Positions 55,701 through 64,000 of a DNA stretch of 64,000 bases are shown one piece after another (within the stretch, counting starts at the first letter, position 1; each line of letters opens with the position of its first letter). The stretch is from Centroscyllium fabricii (Eukaryota). Where the stretch lies: NCBI GenBank assembly GCA_051313645.2, contig JBNRSN020000118.1, forward strand, positions 1,240,001 to 1,304,000, read 5' to 3'. The notes beneath the pieces were generated by a model. The model had not been told where the DNA came from and did not search any database. It saw only the letters and a program-made list of their open reading frames with translations. The position numbers and the translations under genes are program-made.

Positions 55701-58700
55701 ATGTACAGATGTTCATCTTGTTGAGGTGCACACTGTGCAGATGTTCATCATGTTGTTGTGCACATTATACAGATGTTCATCTTGTTGTGGTGCACACTGT
55801 ACAGATGTTAATCTTGTTGTGGTGCACACTGTACAGATGTTCATTATGTTGTGGTGCACACTGTACAGATGTTCATCTTGTTGTGTTGCCACTGTACAGA
55901 TGTTCATCGTGTTGTGGTGCACACTGTACAGATGTTCATCATGTTGTGGTGCACACTGTACAGATGTGCATCATGTTGTGGTGCACACTGTACATATGTT
56001 CATCTTGTTGTGGTGCACACTGTACAGATGTTAATCTTGTTGTGGTGCACACTGTCCAGATGTTCATCTTTTTGTGGTGCACACTGTACAGATGTTCATC
56101 ATGTTGTGGTGCACACTGTACAGATGTTCCTCATGTTGTGGTGCACACTGTACAGATGTTCATCTTGTTGTGGTGCACACTGTGCAGATGTGCATCATGT
56201 TGTGGTGCACACTGTACAGATGCTCATCATGTTGTGGTGCACACTGTACAGATGTTCATCATGTTGTGGTGCACACTGTACAGATGTTCATCTTTTTGTG
56301 GTGCACAATGTACAGATTTTCGTCATGTTCTGGTGCACATTGTACAGATGTTCATCATGTTGTGGTGCACAATGTACAGATGTTCATCATGGTGTGGTGC
56401 ACACTGTAGAGATGTTTCTCATGTTGTGGTGCACACGGTACAGATATTCATCTTGTTGTGGTGTACACTGCACAGATGTTCATCTTGTTGTGGTGCACAC
56501 TGTACAGATGTTAATCTTGTTGTGGTGCACACTGTCCAGATTTTCATCTTTTTGTGGTGCACACTGTTCAGATGTTCATCATGTTGTTGTGCACACTGTA
56601 CAGATATTCCTCATGTTGTGGTGCACACTGTACAGATGTTAATCTTGTTGTGGTGCACAATGTACAGATGTTCATCTTTTTGTGGTGCACACTGTACAGA
56701 TGTTAATCATGTTGTGGTGCACACTGTACAGATGTTCCTCATGTTGTGGTGCACATTTTACAGATGTTGATCTTGTTGTAGTGCACACTGTACAGATGTT
56801 AATCTTGTTGTGGTGCACACTGTACAGATGTTCATCCTGTTGTGGTGCACACTGTACAGATGTTCATCATGTTGCGGTGCACACTGTAAAGATGTACAAC
56901 GTGTTGTGGTGCACACTGTACAGATGTTCATCTTGTTGTAGTGCACAATGTACAGATGTCCATCCTGTTATGGTGCACACTGTACAGATGTTCATCATGT
57001 TGTGGTGCACACTGTACAGATGTTCATCATGTTGTGGTGCACACTGTATAGATGTTCAACTTGTTGTAGTGCACACTGTACAGATGTTCTTCATGTTGTG
57101 GTGCACACTGCATAGTTGTCCATCATGTTGTGTTGCACACTGTACAGATGTTCAACATGTTGTGGTGCACACGGTAAAAATGTTCATCTTGTTGTGGTGC
57201 ACACTGTACAGATGTTCCTCTTGTTGTGGTGCACACTGTGCAGATGTTCATCATGTTGTGGTGCACACTGTACAGATGTTCATCTTGTTGTGGTGCTCAC
57301 TGTACAGATGTTAATCTTGTTGTGGTGCATACTGTACAGATGTTCATTATGTTGCGGTGCACACTGTACAGATGTACATCTTGTTGTGGTGCCACTGTAC
57401 AGATGTTCATCGTGTTGTGGTGCACACTGTACAGATGTTCATCATGTTGTGGTGCACACTGTACAGATGTTCATCTTGTTGTGGTGCACACTGTACAGAT
57501 GTTCATCATGTTGTGGTGCACACTGTACAGATTTTCATCATGTTGTTGTGCACACTGTACAGATGTTCATCATGTTGTGGTGCACACTGCACAGATGTTC
57601 ATCATGTTGTGGTGCGCACTGTACAGATGTTCATCATGCTGTGGTGCACACTGTACAGATGTTCATCATGTTGTCGTGCAGACTGAACAGATTTTCATCA
57701 TGTTTTGTTGCACACTGTACAGATGTTCAGCATGTTGTGGTGCACACTGTGCTCATGTTCCTCTTGTTGTGGTGCACACTGTACAGCTGACCATCATGTG
57801 GTGGTGCACACTGTACAGATGTTCATCTTGTTGTGGTGCACACTGTACAGATGTTAATCTTGTTGTGGCGCACACTGTACAGATGTTCATCTTTTTGTGG
57901 TGCACACTGTACAGATGTTCATCATGTTGTGGTGCACACTGTACAGATGTTCCTCATGTTTTCGTGCAAACTTTACAGATGGTAATCTTGTTGTGGTGCA
58001 CACTGTACATATGTTAATCTTGTTGTGGTGCACACTGTACAGATGTTCATCCTGTTGTGGTGCACACTGTACAGATGTTCATCATGTTGCGGTGCACACT
58101 GTACAGATGTTCATCTTGTTGTGGTGCACACTGTACAGATGTTCATCATGTTGTGGTGCACACTGTACAGATGTTCATCATGCTGTGGTGCGCACTGTAC
58201 AGATGTTCATCATGCTGTGGTGCACACTGTACAGATGTTCATCATGTTGTCGTGCAGACTGTACTGATGTTCATCATGTTGTGGTGCACACTGTACAGAT
58301 GTTCATCATGTTGTTGTGCACAATGTACAGATGTTCATCTTTTTGTGGTGCACACAGTACATATGTTCATCATGTTGAGGTGCACGCTGTACAGATGTTC
58401 AGCATATTGTGGTGCACACTGTACTGATGTTCATCTTGTTGTGGTGCACACTGTACAGATGTCCATCATGTTGTGGTGCACACAGTACAGATGTTCATCT
58501 TGTTGTGGTGCACATTGTACAGATGTTAATCTTGTTGTGGTGCACACTGTACTGATGTTCATCTTTGTGTGGTGCACACTGTACAGATGTTCATCATGTT
58601 GTGGTGCACACTGTACAGATGTTCCTCATGTTGTGGTGCACACTGTACAGATGATGATCTTGTTGTGGTGCACACTGTACAGATGTTAATCTTGTTGTGG

Positions 58701-59612
58701 TGCACACTGTACAGATGTTCATCCTGTTGTGGTGCACACTGTACAGATGTTCATCATGTTGAGGTGCACACTTTACAGATGTACAACGTGTTGTGGTGCA
58801 CACTGTACAGATGTTCATCTTGTTGTAGTGCACAATGTACAGATGTCCATCCTGTTATGGTGCACACTGTACAGATGTTCATCATGTTGTGGTGCACACT
58901 GTACAGATGTTCATCATGTTGTGGTGCACACTGTACAGATGTTCAACTTGTTGTAGTGCACTCTGTACAGATGTTCATCATGTTGTGGTGCACACTGCAT
59001 TGATGTCCATCATGTTGTGGTGCACACTGTACAGATGTTCATCATGTTGTGTTGCACACTGTACAGATGTTCATCATGTTGTGGTGCACACTTTAAAGAT
59101 GTTCATCTTGTTGTGGTGCACAATGTACAGATGTTCATCTTGTTGAGGTGCACACTGTGCAGATGTTCATCATGTTGTTGTGCACATTATACAGATGTTC
59201 ATCTTGTTGTGGTGCACACTGTACAGATGTTAATCTTGTTGTGGTGCACACTGTACAGATGTTCATTATGTTGTGGTGCACACTGTACAGATGTTCATCT
59301 TGTTGTGGTGCCACTGTACAGATGTTCATCGTGTTGTGGTGCACACTGTACAGATGTTCATCATGTTGTGGTGCACACTGTACAGATGTGCATCATGTTG
59401 TGGTGCACACTGTACATATGTTCATCTTGTTGTGGTGCACACTGTACAGATGTTAATCTTGTTGTGGTGCACACTGTCCAGATGTTCATCTTTTTGTGGT
59501 GCACACTGTACAGATGTTCATCATGTTGTGGTGCACACTGTACAGATGTTCCTCATGTTGTGGTGCACACTGTACAGATGTTCATCTTGTTGTGGTGCAC
59601 ACTGTGCAGATG
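52765..59612. repeat. Higher-order tandem duplication, period 3,422 bp (107 monomers minus 2 bp), 2 near-identical copies
   Basis: ORF offsets 53260/56682, 53694/57116, 54475/57897, 55147/58569 and 55726/59148 equal 3,422. Each copy has two 31-bp TGCCACTG monomers (~53970, 55889; ~57392, 59311). Variant match ends at ~56190/59612. Confidence 0.94.
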
Positions 59613-62600
59613 TTCACCCTGTTGTGGTGCACACTGTAGAGATGTTCATCATGTTGCGGTGCACACTGTACAGATGTTCAACTTGTTGTGGTGCACACTG
59701 TACAGATGTTCATCTTGTTGTAGTGCACACTTTACAGGTGTCCATCCTGTTATGGTGCACACTGTACAGATGTTCATCATGTTGTGGTGCACACTGTACA
59801 GATGTTCATCTTGTTGTGGTGCACACTGTACAGATGTTCATCATGTTGTGGTGCACAATGTACAGATGTTCCTCATGTTGTGGTGAACAATGTACAGATT
59901 TTCATCTTGTTGTGGTGCATACTGTACAGCTGTTCATCATGTTGTGGTGCACACTGTGCAGATTTTATGTTGTGGTGCACAATGTACAGATGTTCCTCAT
60001 GTTGTGGTGCACACTGTACAAATGTTCATCTTGTTGTGGTGCACACTGTACAGATGTTCATCATTTTGTGGTGCACACATTACAGATGTGCATCATGTTG
60101 TGGTGCACACTGTACAGATGCTCATCATGTTGTGGTGCACGCTGTACAGATGTTCATCATGTTGTGGTGCACACTGTACAGATGTTCATCTTGTTGTGGT
60201 GCAAAATGTACAGATGTTCATCATGTTCTGGTGCACACTGTACAGATGTTCATCATGTTGTGGTGCACACTGTACAGATGTTCATCATGTTGTGGTGCAC
60301 ACTGTAGAGATGTCCATCATGTTGTGGTGCACACGGTACAGATCTTCATCTTGTTGTGGTGTACACTGCACAGATGTTCATCATGTTGTGGTGCACAATG
60401 TACAGATGTTAACCTTGTTGTGGTGCACACTGTACAGATGTTAACCTTGTTGTGGTGCACACTGTACAGATGTTCATCTTTTTGTGTAGCACACTGTACA
60501 GATGCTCATCATGTTGTGGTGCACACTGTACAGATGTTCCTCATGTTGTGGTGCACAATGTACAGATGTTGATCTTGTTGTAGTGCACACTGTACAGATG
60601 TTAATCTTGTTGTGGTGCACACTGTACAGATGTTCATCCTGTTGTGGTGCACACTGTACAGATGTTCATCATATTGCGGTGCACACTGTACAGATGTACA
60701 ACGTGTTGTGGTGCACACTGTACAGATGTTCATCTTGTTGTAGTGCACAATGTACAGATGTCCATCCTGTTATGGTGCACACTGTACAGATGTTAATCTT
60801 GTTGTAGTGCAAACTGTACAGATGTTCATCTTTTTGTGGTGCACACTGTACAGATGTTCATCATGTTGTTTTGCACACTGTACATATGTTCCTCATGTTG
60901 TCGTGCACACTTTACAGATGATAATCTTGTTCTGGTGCACACTGTACAGATGTTCATCTTGTTGTGGTGCACACTGTACAGATGTTCATCCTGTTGTGGT
61001 GCACATTGTACAGATGTTCATCATGTTGCGGTGCACACTGTACAGATGTTCATCTTGTTGTGGTGCACACTGTACAGATGTTCATCATGTTGCGTTGCAC
61101 ACTGTCCAGATTTTCACCAAGTTGTGGTGCACACTGTACAGATGTTCATCATGTTGTGCTGCACACTGTACAGATGTTCATCATGTTGTGGTGCGCACTG
61201 TACAGATGTTAATCATGCTGTGGTGCACAATGTACAGATGTTCATCATGTTGTCGTGCAGACTGTACAGATGTTCATCATGTTGTGGTGCACACTGTACA
61301 GATGTTCATCATGTTGTTGTGCACAATGTACAGATGTTCATCTTGTTGTGGTGCTCACAGTACATATGTTCATCATGTTGAGGTGCACACTGTACAGATG
61401 TTCAGCATGATGTGGTGCGCACTGTACTGATGTTCATCTTGTTGTGGTGCACACTGTACAGATATCCACCATGTTGTGGTGCACACTGTACAGATGTTCA
61501 TCTTGTTGTGGTGCACATTGTACAGATGTTAATCTTGTTGTGGTGCACACTGTACAGATGTTCATCTTTTTGTGGTGCACACTGTACAGATGTTCATCAT
61601 GTTGTGGTGCACACTGTCCAGATTTTCACCATGTTGTGGTGCACACTGAACAGATGTTCATCATGTTGTGGTGCACACTGTACAGATGTTCATCATGTTG
61701 TGGTGCGCACTGTACAGATGTTCATCATGCTGTGGTGCACACTGTACAGATGTTCATCATGTTGTCGTGCAGACTGTAAAGATGTTCATCATGTTGTGGT
61801 GCACACTGTACAGATGTTCATCATGTTGTTGTGCACAATGTACAGATGTTCATCTTGTTGTGGTGCACACAGTACATATGTTCATCATGTTGAGGTGCAC
61901 GCTGTACAGATGTTCAGCATGTTGTGGTGCACACTGTACTGATGTTCATCTTGTTGTGGTGCACACTGTACAGATGTCCATCATGTTGTGGTGCACACAG
62001 TACAGATGTTCATCTTGTTGTGGTGCACATTGTACAGATGTTAATCTTGTTGTGGTGCACACTGTACTGATGTTCATCTTTGTGTGGTGCACACTGTACA
62101 GATGTTCATCATGTTGTGGTGCACACTGTACAGATTTTCCTCATGTTGTGGTGCACACTGTACAGATGTTGATCTTGTTGTGGTGCACACTGTACAGATG
62201 TTAATCTTGTTGTGGTGCACACTGTACAGATGTTCATCCTGTTGTGGTGCACACTGTACAGATGTTCATCATGTTGAGGTGCACACTTTACAGATGTACA
62301 ACGTGTTATGGTGCACACTGTACAGATGTTCATCTTGTTGTAGTGCACAATGTACAGATGTCCATCCTGTTATGGTGCACACTGTACAGATGTTCATCAT
62401 GTTGTGGTGCACACTGTACAGATGTTCATCATGTTGTGGTGCACACTGTACAGATGTTCAACTTGTTGTAGTGCACTCTGTACAGATGTTCATCATGTTG
62501 TGGTGCACACTGCATATATGTCCACCATGTTGTGGTGCACACTGTACAGATGTTCATCATGTTGTGTTGCACACTGTACAGATGTTCATCATGTTGTGGT

Positions 62601-64000
62601 GCACACTTTAAAGATGTTCATCTTGTTGTGGTGCACAATGTACAGATGTTCATCTTGTTGAGGTGCACACTGTGCAGATGTTCATCATGTTGTTGTGCAC
62701 ACTGTACAGATGTTCATCTTGTTGAGGTGCACACTGTACAGATGTTAATCTTGTTGTGGTGCACACTGTACAGAGTTTCATTATGTTGTGGTGCAATCTG
62801 TACAGATGTTCATCTTGTTGTGGTGCCACTGTACAGATGTTCATCGTGTTGTGGGGCACACTGTACAGATGTTCATCATGTTGTGGTGCACACTGTACAG
62901 ATGTGCATCATGTTGTGGTGCACACTGTACATATGTTCATCTTGTTGTGGTGCACATTGTACAGATGTTAATCTTGTTGTGGTGCACACTGTCCAGATGT
63001 TCAACTTTTTGTGGTGCACACTGTACAGATGTTCATCATGTTGTGGTGCAAACTGTACAGATGTTCCTCATGTTGTGGTGCACACTGTACAGATTTTCAT
63101 CTTGTTGTGGTGCACACTGTGCAGATGTTCACCCTGTTGTGGTGCACACTGTAGAGATGTTCATCATGTTGCGGTGCACACTGTACAGATGTTCAACTTG
63201 TTGTGGTGCACACTGTACAGATGTTCATCTTGTTGTAGTGCACACTTTACAGGTGTCCATCCTGTTATGGTGCACACTGTACAGATGTTCATCATGTTGT
63301 GGTGCACACTGTACAGATTTTCATCTTGTTGTGGTGCACACTGTACAGAAGTACATCTTGTTGTGGTGCACACTGTACAGATGTTCATCATGTTGTGGTG
63401 CACACTGTACAGATTTTCATCTTTGTTGTGGTGCCACTGTATAGATGTTCATTGTGTTGTGGTGCACACTGTACAGATGTTCATCTTGTTGTGGTGCACA
63501 CTGTACAGATGTTCATCTTGTTGTGGTGCACACTGTACTGATGTTCATCATGTTGTGGTGCACACTGTACAGATGTTCCTCATGTTGTGGTGCACAATGT
63601 ACAGATTTTCATCTTGTTGTGGTGCACACTGTACAGCTGTTCATCATGTTGTGGTGCACACTGTGCAGATTTTATGTTGTGGTGCACACTGTACAGATGT
63701 TCCTCATGTTGTGGTGCACACTGTACAAATGTTCATCTTGTTGTGGTGCACACTGTACAGATGTTCATCATTTTGTGGTGCACACATTACAGATGTGCAT
63801 CATGTTGTGGTGCACACTGTACAGATGCTCATCATGTTGTGGTGCACACTGTACAGATGTTCATCATGTTGTGGTGCACACTGTACAGATGTTCATCTTG
63901 TTGTTGTGCACAATGTACAGATCTTCATCATGTTCTGGTGCACACTGTACAGATGTTCATCATGTTGTGGTGCACACTGTACAGATGTTCATCATGTTGT

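Larger units (their letters stand above)
1..64000. repeat. 32-bp tandem satellite array, ~2,001 monomers, consensus TGTTGTGGTGCACACTGTACAGATGTTCATC(A/T)
   Basis: Monomer read directly at 1-32 and repeated without interruption to 64000. The register shifts from position 1 (mod 32 = 1) to 63963 (mod 32 = 27). The indel monomers I located sum to -38 bp, which accounts for this shift and gives 2,000 monomers before 63963. The consensus is 14/32 GC. No unique sequence or inverted block was seen. Confidence 0.99.

Noticed and set aside
2046-63403. Short minus-strand ORFs (60-111 aa, MHHNMMNICTVCTTT...)
   Set aside because: They arise only where variants such as GTTAAT, GTACAT or GTCCAT remove a minus-strand TGA in the repeat.
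1-64000. CRISPR array (32-bp partly palindromic repeat)
   Set aside because: The repeats abut directly with no unique spacers, and no leader or cas genes are present.
1-64000. Telomeric repeat, G-quadruplex array or plasmid iterons
   Set aside because: The consensus has only one GG and no G3 runs, and there is no rep gene or AT-rich origin. Heritable variants copied in kb-scale blocks indicate recombinational amplification rather than templated telomerase addition.
1-64000. Rolling-circle or sequencing concatemer artefact, or synthetic sequence
   Set aside because: Variants are shared in ordered, hierarchically nested blocks of differing divergence, which random error on a single template would not produce. 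Individual near-identical duplications could still be assembly errors.
1-64000. Assignment as centromeric DNA or to a particular organism
   Set aside because: I recognised no diagnostic motif or flanking sequence. This needs a database search and CENH3/CENP-A or FISH data.

Overview
The whole 64-kb window is one uninterrupted, head-to-tail tandem array of a 32-bp monomer, consensus TGTTGTGGTGCACACTGTACAGATGTTCATC(A/T). It holds about 2,001 monomers, all in one orientation, and both array ends lie outside the window. I found no credible protein-coding gene, RNA gene, mobile element or CRISPR array. The long Cys/His/Val-rich ORFs are artefacts: the monomer has no stop triplet on the + strand and its length is not a multiple of 3. 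The informative structure lies in the pattern of monomer variants, which records nested higher-order duplications with periods of 3,581, 11,068, 1,728 (x3), 928, 1,344 and 3,422 bp. The variants also define three domains with different diagnostic monomers (about 1-34.3 kb, 34.3-49 kb and 49-64 kb), with divergence rising to the right. The monomer is an imperfect dyad, lacks CpG, and may derive from an ~8-bp ancestral unit. It most resembles eukaryotic satellite DNA, but the organism and function cannot be determined from the sequence. All counts were made by eye or from ORF-track offsets, and boundaries are approximate to 1-2 monomers.
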